From Nanobdellati archaeon (GTDB taxonomy: Archaea; EX4484-52; GLR71), in the NCBI GenBank assembly GCA_019429005.1, contig JAHYJR010000007.1, positions 1-53,762 of the forward strand: 53,762 nt of DNA, read 5' to 3'. The notes beneath the pieces were generated by a model. That model had not been told where the DNA came from. It ran no database searches and was given only the letters and a program-made list of their open reading frames with translations. Position numbers and translations under genes: made by a program. Shown piece after piece: positions 9,365-19,643 of the stretch. The first letter of the stretch is position 1, and every line of letters starts with the position of its first letter.

Positions 9365-11470
9365 TTATTTGTATCGCGATTTCAACCAAACATTCATTTT
9401 ATTTTTATTGAACGCATTTGTACTTCTCATAGTTCGATCAGGTAAAGAAAACATAAATAGATTATCCTTAAGCATGTCAAACGCATGTTCACGCACCGCA
9501 AACTGCTGCATTGCCTTAAATGACTCATCAATACCAAACAGCCTTGGCGGTAAATTTTCAGGTTCTATCTCTTGAATAAGACAATCTTTAAGATCCCTAT
9601 AAACTATAGCAGACTCTCCCGGATTACCCCAACTACCCCATTCCCATATTATATATGCATTTTTAATATCTGCTTTCCTCATAGCCCATAACTGCTCATA
9701 CAATATTTCAGGATCTAATGAAAGACGACGTATTGCACCATGAACACCCCAAAGAGGTCTTGGCGCATTAAGATGAAACATTGAAAAATATTTATTTGGA
9801 TTAAGACCTGTCTTATCTCTCCATCTTTCAAGAAGTTTAGCTTCATCAACAGGATTAAGATAATTAAGATTAAGATGCTCTGTATCCATACAATAATTAA
9901 TCATTTCGCCATCATCAATAGCCCGACAGATTTCAACATGATCAAGTATACTCATAACCCTTAAACGTCCCTCATTATTATCTACACTAGGCATATTTGT
10001 CTCAATATAGATTGTAAGTCCTTCATCTTTCAAATAATCATAGAGAGATTGGGTTTTTATAACCTCACCCTTAATATCTTTATAGCATTCATTATCATTA
10101 AGTAAATTTTTATGCGAATGTATTGACGTAGTATGCGGTGGATTCGTTGACTCTTTAGATGTTTCACCATCTATACGCATACCACCCTCAAAACTATTTA
10201 CTTTCAAATGCCCTTCAATGTATTTTCCAGCAACAGCTGTCACCATCTTCGAAAGAGGCACAGTTATCCGCGCAACAAGTTCTGAATTCTGAACAATATT
10301 ATCAGGATCAAACTCGTCTGAAAATGGATTCTTACTATCTGTAATATCAGACAATACATATGCCCACATTTTATCTTTAGTTTTCCACATCCACTTTGCA
10401 ATTATATGATAAGCCACAGATTCATCTGCAACAGAACCCTCCTTGACCCAGGTCTCAAAAAGATCATAAAAATTATATTTAGAAATCTCTAAAATAGTAC
10501 CAAATGTCCTTTCATCAAAATCATTTTTCTTAAATAACTCATCTGAAAAGTTTGTTAATTTAACATTTTTTTCATTTTTCAATTTTTGAAACTTAAGATA
10601 TAATTCTTTATATTTTTCGGAATTTTCGGGTTCATTTTTATGACATTTTTCCAACTCATTTTCAACACCATATATTTCGTTATCTAATTTTTTATCATAT
10701 TCAAATATTTTTTTAGACACGTAACTAATTACACTAAATGCCTCTGTAAAACCAATATCCTTTTTTAATCTACGCCTAAAATAATTTCTTGCTTTAACAA
10801 TCCCTGCAAGATTAATTTTAACATACTCATCAAGATAATAAGACATAAACCAATCTTGCATATATGGCTTATCTGAATTGTCCTTATGCTTCAAGTCATC
10901 TATCTTTTTACCATAAATAAGACTAGTATTTTCACTGTAATATGTAATACCATCATTTTTTATAAATGAACCAATATTAGTCCCCCACGGACTAAACAAA
11001 ATAGCTTGACCTTGTTTAGGATTCACAGATACTGGCCTTATGTTTGACGAAGAATGGAACAAAACCCATTTAGGCTGTATTTTATCAACCGCACCTTTCA
11101 CACTATCTATCAAAATCTTATGCCATAAAGACCATTGCTGACCATACGCAAGAGTCAAGTCCATACGGACATTAAGATGAAGACCAAAATTAAACCCTGT
11201 TTTTTCTTTAACAACCTTCATTTGTTCCCTCAACATAGGTTCATGAACTTCTGATGTCTCTTCAAGTGTCATCATCGCAAAATCAAAACCAAGATATGAT
11301 GCTTTAACAAGTTTATTTGCAAGACCCAGATAATTATTACCAGCCGGCTTAGCAAAACCGGGATCACCTGAGACTATATAACCCACAGGCTTACCTTTTT
11401 TAATGTCCCAAGCCCTAAGTTTATCTAATGCTTCATTCGAAATACCTGGTTTACTATTATCCTGCGTCAA
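9365..11470 (-). CDS. Xylose-isomerase/endonuclease IV-like TIM-barrel metalloprotein with a large insertion
   Basis: Ordered ligand motifs GLH, FHSS, YIET, MDTEH, FHLN..H and IWE; TTG start after GGTGA. Confidence 0.65.
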   Translation of the reverse strand: MTQDNSKPGISNEALDKLRAWDIKKGKPVGYIVSGDPGFAKPAGNNYLGLANKLVKASYLGFDFAMMTLEETSEVHEPMLREQMKVVKEKTGFNFGLHLNVRMDLTLAYGQQWSLWHKILIDSVKGAVDKIQPKWVLFHSSSNIRPVSVNPKQGQAILFSPWGTNIGSFIKNDGITYYSENTSLIYGKKIDDLKHKDNSDKPYMQDWFMSYYLDEYVKINLAGIVKARNYFRRRLKKDIGFTEAFSVISYVSKKIFEYDKKLDNEIYGVENELEKCHKNEPENSEKYKELYLKFQKLKNEKNVKLTNFSDELFKKNDFDERTFGTILEISKYNFYDLFETWVKEGSVADESVAYHIIAKWMWKTKDKMWAYVLSDITDSKNPFSDEFDPDNIVQNSELVARITVPLSKMVTAVAGKYIEGHLKVNSFEGGMRIDGETSKESTNPPHTTSIHSHKNLLNDNECYKDIKGEVIKTQSLYDYLKDEGLTIYIETNMPSVDNNEGRLRVMSILDHVEICRAIDDGEMINYCMDTEHLNLNYLNPVDEAKLLERWRDKTGLNPNKYFSMFHLNAPRPLWGVHGAIRRLSLDPEILYEQLWAMRKADIKNAYIIWEWGSWGNPGESAIVYRDLKDCLIQEIEPENLPPRLFGIDESFKAMQQFAVREHAFDMLKDNLFMFSLPDRTMRSTNAFNKNKMNVWLKSRYK

Positions 11471-11570
11471 AAAATCACCATAATCAAAAAAAGATACAAA
11501 TTTTAAATAATATATATATAGAATTAAATTGAATATATAGTTAAGTGTTTTAAAAAAAAAGTGTTTTCAT

Positions 11571-12365
11571 ATGGAACTTTTCGAAAAACTAAAAGATTTT
11601 GTCACAGATGCAAAAGACAATATAGTAGATCGCCTACCTGGAAGATCTAACGATATAGACAGTATGTTAAAAAATGACAGATCAACAAGCTCAGAAGGTA
11701 GAAAACCATATTCTGCAAATGTTCTTGAAGGCAGCAAACCCTTTGAAAGCACTTTAGACAAATCAGATTTCATGCAAACCCCAACACAACCACAAAGCGG
11801 AATAAATAATATAGGAATGTCGCAAAACACAAATTTTAATCAACAAGTTCAACAAGCACCACCAACAACATATCAAAATACACAAACCTTAGGACATTCA
11901 ACAGGCGCACTTGATATCGGAGGCTCAATGGACCTTGCAAGACATCTTGGAGTTGAACATCCGCTTGAACAAAGAATTAATGAACAAAATTCATTCCAAA
12001 CAACAAATTTTCAACCAAACCCTGTAAGCCCACAGACACAAAACCCTTTCCAGGACTCACAAAACACCACACAAAATCAATTTCAAAATCCTCAAAGCAT
12101 AACACAAAACCCTTTCCCAAACCCCCAAAGCATAACACAAAATCCAATGCAACAACAACCAATAAATCCAGACCCATTTTTAACATTTCAACAAACACAG
12201 ACAAACAATTTATTGCAACAAGACACATTCAATCCAAATAATAATTCACAAAACCCAACAAATCTAGATAGCATCAAAATGGACATAAAACAACTTAAAG
12301 TGCAACAAGAACTGATTCTTGAAAAACTTAATCTGATTGAAGAGAGAACAAGAAGACTAGGTTAA
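11571..12365 (+). CDS. Q/N/P-rich low-complexity protein with C-terminal coiled coil
   Basis: QNPF and ITQNP repeats; C-terminal LDSIKMDIKQLKVQQELILEKLNLIEER. Confidence 0.75.
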   Translation: MELFEKLKDFVTDAKDNIVDRLPGRSNDIDSMLKNDRSTSSEGRKPYSANVLEGSKPFESTLDKSDFMQTPTQPQSGINNIGMSQNTNFNQQVQQAPPTTYQNTQTLGHSTGALDIGGSMDLARHLGVEHPLEQRINEQNSFQTTNFQPNPVSPQTQNPFQDSQNTTQNQFQNPQSITQNPFPNPQSITQNPMQQQPINPDPFLTFQQTQTNNLLQQDTFNPNNNSQNPTNLDSIKMDIKQLKVQQELILEKLNLIEERTRRLG

Positions 12366-12367
12366 AT

Positions 12368-12847
12368 TCACATTGCATTTATACCTAATGCAGAAAGATA
12401 TTCACCTTTTATCCTATCAACAAAATGCCTAGATTCTTTCATATATTGCAATCTCTTTTCATGATAAAACATTTTAGCATATATATTCCATAACATAATC
12501 TGAAACGGATTAGAATAAACATATTTAGTTGTAATAGTTGGATATATGACAATCATAGCATCACCATCTTTAGTAGTAAGATCTTGTGAACCCGAAATTT
12601 CAATAGTAATCTCTAATTTTGTCCAAGCATCAAATTTCAATATCCCAATAACACGTCCTTTAAAATAACCATCTAAAGAACTCCACGAAAACTTAGGATT
12701 TTGTATTCCAGAACTTGCAATATTAAGAACAGTTTTATATATAGTAGCAGCCTTATCTATTAAACTGACAGGATTATTCATCTTACCTTCAACCTTTATC
12801 ACTTTAGAAGGTGAAAGAAGATCATCTGTAATTTTAAGATCCTTCAT
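12368..12847 (-). CDS. Hypothetical protein, paralogue of 12834..13352
   Basis: Shares IQxxxF/YxW, FDxxxxLxIxI, PTxxTxY and FYxxKR...ESR with its neighbour; 14-bp overlap. Confidence 0.8.
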   Translation of the reverse strand: MKDLKITDDLLSPSKVIKVEGKMNNPVSLIDKAATIYKTVLNIASSGIQNPKFSWSSLDGYFKGRVIGILKFDAWTKLEITIEISGSQDLTTKDGDAMIVIYPTITTKYVYSNPFQIMLWNIYAKMFYHEKRLQYMKESRHFVDRIKGEYLSALGINAM

Positions 12848-13352
12848 TATGTCTCAACTCCTCAGCGAAATCTTTAATAGCCTCTGCAAACTTATTTGAA
12901 AGCATACGAGATTCATCAGCAAATTTTTGTCTTTTTTTCTGATAAAATAAAGTATCATGTATACGTCTCATAATCTCATATAATATACTTTGCTCATAAA
13001 GAGAATCCTGTGGATATTCAGTATACATTGTAGGCTCAAGAGAAATTGTTGCATTACCATGACCATCTTCAGATGCACCTTTAAGTCCTATTGAAATCTG
13101 AAGAAATGAAAATTTATCAAAATCTTTAGTAAGCATCCAAGAAAAACCAAATTTACTCTTATTACCTGATTTTTCCCAAGTATAACTTTGTTCCTGTATA
13201 AATTCTTCAGGAACACCAAATATTTTAATCATAAAAGTACGAATTTTTTTATAAAACAGCTCAGGCGTAGGTCCTGAATAATTCATTGATATGTCTGGTT
13301 TAGGTCTAAACACTTCAACAGCGATTGTCAATTTTGTTCTTGCATATACCAC
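12834..13352 (-). CDS. Hypothetical protein, paralogue of 12368..12847
   Basis: GTG start after GGTG; same motif series as its neighbour. Confidence 0.8.
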   Translation of the reverse strand: MVYARTKLTIAVEVFRPKPDISMNYSGPTPELFYKKIRTFMIKIFGVPEEFIQEQSYTWEKSGNKSKFGFSWMLTKDFDKFSFLQISIGLKGASEDGHGNATISLEPTMYTEYPQDSLYEQSILYEIMRRIHDTLFYQKKRQKFADESRMLSNKFAEAIKDFAEELRHNEGS

Positions 13353-13365
13353 TTAAAAAACACCA

Positions 13366-13405
<40 letters not shown>

Positions 13406-13466
13406 TAGGTCTTGCTTTTATATATTTAGACTTAGCTATATAAATATTTGTCACTAATATACAAAT

Positions 13467-13802
13467 ATGTTGGTAGAATTAATAGCTGCATTATTTATTA
13501 CAATCGGCATAGTTTTCATATATATAATGTCAACAAAAAAAGATGAAAATACAACTAAATTCATGACAATGTTCTTTCTTTCAATTGTGTTAACATACAC
13601 AGGAATCACTCTTTTTGGTATCACTTGGGAAATATTTATAACAAAAATAAAAGCACTTATTCTAATCCTAATAGGTGTATTTTTCGCATACAATTTCCAA
13701 GGAAATGTTAGTGATGAATACCAATATGAAGGATTTGCTATGATAGGTATGATAACAGGCATTATTTTATTGATTCTCGGATTATATTGGTTAATATTTT
13801 AA
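13467..13802 (+). CDS. Small integral membrane protein (about 4 TM helices)
   Basis: Four hydrophobic segments in 111 aa. Confidence 0.75.
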   Translation: MLVELIAALFITIGIVFIYIMSTKKDENTTKFMTMFFLSIVLTYTGITLFGITWEIFITKIKALILILIGVFFAYNFQGNVSDEYQYEGFAMIGMITGIILLILGLYWLIF

Positions 13803-13904
13803 CAATTTTATTTAAATTATTTTTAAAAAACTACATTTTGTAACCCATCCAAACGGTAATATTAAGTGTAATATTAATATACAAGTAAACAAATATATTA
13901 TATA

Positions 13905-15611
13905 ATGAAAGAAGCAATTGATTTACATAGTATAGGATCAGAATGGATGAATAAAGCTTGGCCTAGGGCAAAATTTACCTGTTTTGAAGGTGATGAAGGT
14001 ATGCAAACCGAATTATCATATTCGGGGTCTTTAGGCTCAGTAGAAACTCTATGGGTCGGTAGTCTTTTTGGATTATCAGGCAAAGATTTCACAATAATCA
14101 ATTTACACCGTTCCTTTAATGTTACTCCAGCACAAGATAACCCCTATTACCAATCCACACTAGCCCAAAAAGACGCACTTCAAAAACAAATAAGAGAGAC
14201 TTTAGGCGGTATTGGAGCTAATGTAAATGATCTTGAACTTGTTAAAAATGATATAAGAAAATTAAAAGAATTCAAAAGTTATTTTAAAAAGGCTGAAGAG
14301 GGTAATGATTTACCATTAAAGACTATGTTTATAACGGAAGTTGATTTCTATGCAGGTGGTCAAGCTAATATTCAAGGTCAAACAGGCAGACTCAGCATAG
14401 AATTTCAAAGGATAAATAATTTTATGCCGACAGTTGTTGAAGATTTTAATGAAATAAAACCTAAAAAATATTTTGAAAACATCAAAGAAGATTATTTAGA
14501 TAAAGAAAACAGATTCAAAAACATTTCAACAGTTGAAAAAAACTTTCTTGCAGCAAAATGGGAATCATACCAAGAATGGATCAAAATGTTAAAAACTAGG
14601 ATAAATAATGACTATAAATTAATGAAAATACAAGAAAAAAGTAGAAAAAGCACAATAAATATGATGCGAGAAGATATTAAACCACTCATTGCAAGATACA
14701 AAATTAAAAAAGATTCTTTAAGTGATCCAGAAAATCGAAAAAATCTGCTTACAAACTGGACAGATACAGAAAAAAGAATAAATTCAAGCGAAAATATAGA
14801 AGTTTTCGCAATAAAAACAATGGACTCAACAGAATTCCATAAAGCACCTTCAGAAATGGTTGTAAAGGCAGATGTAAAAGCAAATGATAAATGGACACAA
14901 GAAGTTTTGTTATACGGAAAAAAAGATAAAAATGGAGTCCTTACACAACCAGGTTACCTTAAAAAAACATACCCTTGGATTGATGAAAAATGGATCAATG
15001 ACAAAATCAAAAATATTAGTGATTTATCCGGAATTAATCCAGAAAAATCAATGTACTGGACAGTATATAAAATCAGCTATAAAAGATCAAATTTGACACT
15101 ATTAGGAACACCAAGCGAAGATGGTGACTTTTCATTTAAAACATTCATGTTAAGCAAAAACATGCTTCTTGCAAAACTTCTTGACATTGAAGCAAATAAA
15201 GAAAACTTTGAATATGAAATAGATGAAATTGTCGGAACCAGCACAAGACAAGAAGGTACAATAAAATATAAAATTCAAAAAAAAGATAATTCTACTAAAT
15301 ATATAGTATCCGAACAAACAATTGAAACTACGGGCGAAGATATCTATGCCGGAACATACACATCTGAAGAAAACATGAAAGATGAATACGGTAGTGAATA
15401 TGATTACATAGAAACAAAACAAGAAAAGACAAAAAAGAAACTAGAACTATTAAAATATTTTAACATACCCTTTTTCTTTACTAGGCCGACAGGTCCTTAT
15501 GAATCACGTTTCAAAGACAGAATTACCAAAATGTATCTAGGTGTCGTTGGAAAACGATTTTCAGTAGAAGTTGTTGGAACATTCAAAGGCAATATGAAAA
15601 TTGGTGGCTAA
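13905..15611 (+). CDS. Large hypothetical protein with helical/coiled-coil core
   Basis: 568-aa ORF with heptad-like segments; no family recognised. Confidence 0.8.
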   Translation: MKEAIDLHSIGSEWMNKAWPRAKFTCFEGDEGMQTELSYSGSLGSVETLWVGSLFGLSGKDFTIINLHRSFNVTPAQDNPYYQSTLAQKDALQKQIRETLGGIGANVNDLELVKNDIRKLKEFKSYFKKAEEGNDLPLKTMFITEVDFYAGGQANIQGQTGRLSIEFQRINNFMPTVVEDFNEIKPKKYFENIKEDYLDKENRFKNISTVEKNFLAAKWESYQEWIKMLKTRINNDYKLMKIQEKSRKSTINMMREDIKPLIARYKIKKDSLSDPENRKNLLTNWTDTEKRINSSENIEVFAIKTMDSTEFHKAPSEMVVKADVKANDKWTQEVLLYGKKDKNGVLTQPGYLKKTYPWIDEKWINDKIKNISDLSGINPEKSMYWTVYKISYKRSNLTLLGTPSEDGDFSFKTFMLSKNMLLAKLLDIEANKENFEYEIDEIVGTSTRQEGTIKYKIQKKDNSTKYIVSEQTIETTGEDIYAGTYTSEENMKDEYGSEYDYIETKQEKTKKKLELLKYFNIPFFFTRPTGPYESRFKDRITKMYLGVVGKRFSVEVVGTFKGNMKIGG

Positions 15612-15638
15612 AACCAATTTAAAAAACAATCATAAAAA

Positions 15639-16457
15639 TTATTTTATATCATATAAAAATTTCTGAAGATACACTTCACAAAGACCTTGATAAGGTCCCC
15701 ATGATTTTTTTGCAAAATATCTTAGATTTTTATCATTATCAAAATCAATTTTATAATCATCTCTAACAATCTTTCTTATAAGAGAATCCGTATAAAAAAA
15801 ATCAAATTTGCGCATCTGAAACAAACAAAATATATCTATAGAATAGGGACCTAAACCTTTAATTCTTGAAAGTCTAGAAATATCATCAATTTTAGGATTA
15901 AATAACATGAACTTTGCAACATTCAATATGTAATCAGAACGATATCCAACACCACACTCTGAAAGATGTTCTGGCTTTAGAAGAATATCTTTAGGTTCTG
16001 GAAACGCACCAAATCCATATACATTAATCAGATTCAAAACCATCTTCTTATACTGTAGAAAAGACACATTTTGTGAACATATAATTGACACTAATGCTTC
16101 AAAATCTGTATACGCACTCAAAAGCCTATTACCACATATTGCACCCATATACTTTTTAAGAATTTTATCAGATTCGCATGTGACATAAAACCCTGAAAGA
16201 TCCTCACCACAACCTAGACAATATGATACCCTTTTTGAGATGATATCAGAAACATTCGAAGTTACACCCTTTTCATAAGACAAAATCAAATCATTGTCAA
16301 CCTGACTAAATTTAATCTTAATAGAATTTGAACCGACCTTAATTACTTTTTCAGGAAGATTACCCGTAAAAAAAAAGAAAGGTTTATATTTCAAAATCAA
16401 ATCTAAATTAAAATCTTTCTGAAGCGCTATAGATACACTACTGACAAGATTAGCCAT
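15639..16457 (-). CDS. HhH-GPD DNA glycosylase (AlkA/OGG1-like)
   Basis: FEALVSIICSQN, GVGYR, HhH LSRIKGLGPYS and a downstream Asp (YTD). Confidence 0.85.
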   Translation of the reverse strand: MANLVSSVSIALQKDFNLDLILKYKPFFFFTGNLPEKVIKVGSNSIKIKFSQVDNDLILSYEKGVTSNVSDIISKRVSYCLGCGEDLSGFYVTCESDKILKKYMGAICGNRLLSAYTDFEALVSIICSQNVSFLQYKKMVLNLINVYGFGAFPEPKDILLKPEHLSECGVGYRSDYILNVAKFMLFNPKIDDISRLSRIKGLGPYSIDIFCLFQMRKFDFFYTDSLIRKIVRDDYKIDFDNDKNLRYFAKKSWGPYQGLCEVYLQKFLYDIK

Positions 16458-16571
16458 GCCTATAATTCCATAACAAGATATAAATAGATAGTTTATATAA
16501 ATTATATAAAACGGATTATTACACTCTTAAATTATCCTAATCCAGTATTCTAAAATCAAAGGTGAATTAAT

Positions 16572-17789
16572 ATTAATAAAAATAAACAAATTATTGCAAT
16601 CTTATTATTACTAATAACATTCATCACTATAACACCAACTGTATTTACAGAAGAACAACTTTCATGCGAAGACACATCTGAAGGGACTTGTGAACTTGAA
16701 CAACCAAATATAACACAAATAACACAATACAGTAACTTAAATACACATGATAATTGTGCAGAAAACATAACAAATATACATTTTTTCTATGGTACTGGAT
16801 GCCCTCATTGCGCTAATGTTGAACCTTTAATAGATGAAATGGATGAAAAATATAAAAATGAAATAATCATACACCGTCAAGAAATCTATCATGATAACGA
16901 AAATTACAAATTATTTGAAAAAACAAAAGAAAAATTTGATCTGAAAAATGCAGGCATACCACTTATTGTAATAGGAAACACTTATCTTATGGGCGATAAA
17001 TCAATAATTAAAGAGTTAGAAAATGAAATTATCAGATGCGAAACAAAAGACTGTGAATGCCAATTAAGTTGTGATGACACATTACCTGAAGACATATCAC
17101 CAGCACAAATTAAACCAAAATCAATAACATTACCAGTAATAATCATATCAGGACTAATTGATGGAATCAATCCCTGCGCATTTGCAGTAATAATCATACT
17201 TCTGACATACTTAAAAGGCATTGGCAACAAAAAGAAAATGTTTGTAGTTGGTATGACCTACATCTTTGCTGTATATGTTACTTATTTCGTTGCAGGCCTT
17301 GGACTTCTTTCAACATTCCAATTCGCAGGAATAACAAGATCAATCTTTGACATATCTGCAATACTTGTGATTATATTTGGACTTATAAACCTAAAAGATT
17401 TCTTCTGGTATGGTAAAGGTATAAGTCTCGAAATACCAAAACAATACAAAGGAACGATTCATAAATATATCTTAAAAGCCACAATACCTGCCGCATTAAT
17501 ACTTGGTGTTCTAGTCTCTATGTTTGAACTCCCATGCACAGGTGGCGTTTACCTTGCAATCCTAGGCCTTCTATCAAACTCAATGACACAATTAAGTGCA
17601 ATACCATATCTGCTCCTATACAATTTTGCATTTATATTGCCTTTGATAATCATAATGATTGTTATGTATAAAGGTTACGACCCTAAAAAAATTGAAGATG
17701 CAAGAAAAAAAGAGAGAAAATGGATGCGATTAATGATGGGTCTTCTCATGGTCGCGCTTGGAGTTGCTATGCTAACCGGTCTGATATAG
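16572..17789 (+). CDS. Signal peptide + glutaredoxin/thioredoxin domain (CPHC) fused to a CcdA/DsbD-like membrane domain; probable ATT start
   Basis: The frame is open from TGA 16563 and encodes a signal peptide and FFYGTGCPHC upstream of the track ATG at 16839; DGINPCAF and ELPCTG motifs follow. Confidence 0.85.
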   Translation: MNKNKQIIAILLLLITFITITPTVFTEEQLSCEDTSEGTCELEQPNITQITQYSNLNTHDNCAENITNIHFFYGTGCPHCANVEPLIDEMDEKYKNEIIIHRQEIYHDNENYKLFEKTKEKFDLKNAGIPLIVIGNTYLMGDKSIIKELENEIIRCETKDCECQLSCDDTLPEDISPAQIKPKSITLPVIIISGLIDGINPCAFAVIIILLTYLKGIGNKKKMFVVGMTYIFAVYVTYFVAGLGLLSTFQFAGITRSIFDISAILVIIFGLINLKDFFWYGKGISLEIPKQYKGTIHKYILKATIPAALILGVLVSMFELPCTGGVYLAILGLLSNSMTQLSAIPYLLLYNFAFILPLIIIMIVMYKGYDPKKIEDARKKERKWMRLMMGLLMVALGVAMLTGLI

Positions 17790-17829
17790 ACACAACAACC
17801 AACCCATCCACTCTCTTAAGATAAATTAT

Positions 17830-18438
17830 CTAAGGTAAATTATTTAACAGATATGATGCAACAGTCATAGTATCATAATAAACATCACTTTTAGGCTCAA
17901 TCCTTTCAGCAAAATCTAAAGGTGATGTTTGCGTATTCAACATAAGCATACCAAGATAATTGTCTTGACGAAATCTTTTATTTTGCCATTCGTATGATTC
18001 TTTAAGAACGTCGTGATAAGTCTTAATCAACCCTATTGGAACATCTACACAAAATGTCTCAAGAACAATCATATCTTGAAGCATTTCATACACATCCGGA
18101 ACATCCTCCATAATATCTTCAGGACTAGATATACCATATATCAAATCAAGCTTTTCCTTCAGATTATATTGCATAGGATCTGATTGAACAAAACTTTCAA
18201 ATTGAGGATCAATAAGATACATAACAAAATTCAAAGTATCATCTATTATTTTCTTTCCGATTTCAACAGATTTACTTTCAATATAATCATTTCTTATTGA
18301 TACTAATGCACTTGAACGATCTTGAGGACTAAGACAATTCAATGCAGAATTACCAAAAGCCAATGATTTACTATATACATCAACCTCAATTGGTTGTTCA
18401 AGCCACAACTGTTTTGCATCTTCAATTTGATTTTTCAT
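17830..18438 (-). CDS. Hypothetical acidic protein
   Basis: 202-aa ORF abutting the upstream gene, with a GAGGTGA SD. Confidence 0.7.
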   Translation of the reverse strand: MKNQIEDAKQLWLEQPIEVDVYSKSLAFGNSALNCLSPQDRSSALVSIRNDYIESKSVEIGKKIIDDTLNFVMYLIDPQFESFVQSDPMQYNLKEKLDLIYGISSPEDIMEDVPDVYEMLQDMIVLETFCVDVPIGLIKTYHDVLKESYEWQNKRFRQDNYLGMLMLNTQTSPLDFAERIEPKSDVYYDTMTVASYLLNNLP

Positions 18439-19167
18439 TCAATTCACCTCATTAACTAACATACTAGCCCCATACGTACCTGGTGGTGACCTATAGGAAA
18501 ACATAATATCATCTGGTATAACTATCTTAGGCTCAGTTATATCAAAAACCATAACATCACCATCTCTTGTACTTTTCACAAAAGGTCCATAATTTTTAAG
18601 TCTACGTTCTTCAACCCTTTGCCTAAGTAAATCTCTAATTTCCATCGGATCATCATAAATCCACAAAGGTTCATCAAAATCTTCAACAACACAAGATATT
18701 CTTTGAACTTCTGACAAATTCAAATCAGATATAAATTCACAACCTTTCGCAAGCCTTAAACTAATATCATCATATATGGACAAATGAAGTCTTTCAAATT
18801 TAGCATCATATCGAGGACAGTTAATATTGCCACTATATTCAATTAATTGCGAAAGCTCATCAACAAGATTCGTATCAATACCGCATTCATAGTCTTTATA
18901 CGCTTTTAATACCGTTGGCTCACATTCAAGCAAATACGAAGCATGTATAACCATATCATTTCTTAAAGGATGATAATTTTCTAATAACATTGAACCAATC
19001 AAATAAAGAGTATCTTGATATTCATCAGTCTTAAATCTAGGCTGATATATCCAACCCTTATCTTCCACAAGACACATAAGCCTACGAAATTCATCGAAGT
19101 AAATATACTGTCTATCTGATTCATTTAATTCCAAAGTCTCTATCAAAAGACTACTTTCACTTAACAT
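18439..19167 (-). CDS. Hypothetical acidic protein
   Basis: 242-aa ORF with a G-rich SD region. Confidence 0.7.
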   Translation of the reverse strand: MLSESSLLIETLELNESDRQYIYFDEFRRLMCLVEDKGWIYQPRFKTDEYQDTLYLIGSMLLENYHPLRNDMVIHASYLLECEPTVLKAYKDYECGIDTNLVDELSQLIEYSGNINCPRYDAKFERLHLSIYDDISLRLAKGCEFISDLNLSEVQRISCVVEDFDEPLWIYDDPMEIRDLLRQRVEERRLKNYGPFVKSTRDGDVMVFDITEPKIVIPDDIMFSYRSPPGTYGASMLVNEVN

Positions 19168-19643
19168 CCCTTAACACCCCCTAATTATTTTTTAAAACAT
19201 ATCCAACAGATTTTTAGCTAACGCTAATTGATTGAACCAACATAAATGATAGCTTAAACAAAACAAAAAAATAAAAAACGGCTATCAAAAATCTAAGATA
19301 GACTTAGATAATATACATAAAATTTAAACAAAAAAAGAGGTCATCAATATATACCATATTGGCATATTATTAGCGAATCATCCCAATTTATTGCTCAAGG
19401 CACATAAATCCCTTAAGTTTATAAGTAGATGTTTTACAAATAGAATTGACTTTATAGGTTAAACTATGCACTGCGAGATTCAATTTTGCAGTTAATAACA
19501 TAGGTAACATAATAATCTAAATATTATTTAGATATTTAAGTATATATATGTTACTATTTGGGTAAAAATAACAAAATAATTACATAAATTAACAAATACC
19601 ACTATAATATTTCAAAAAAAATTAAAAAAAGGTCCTTTTAGAC

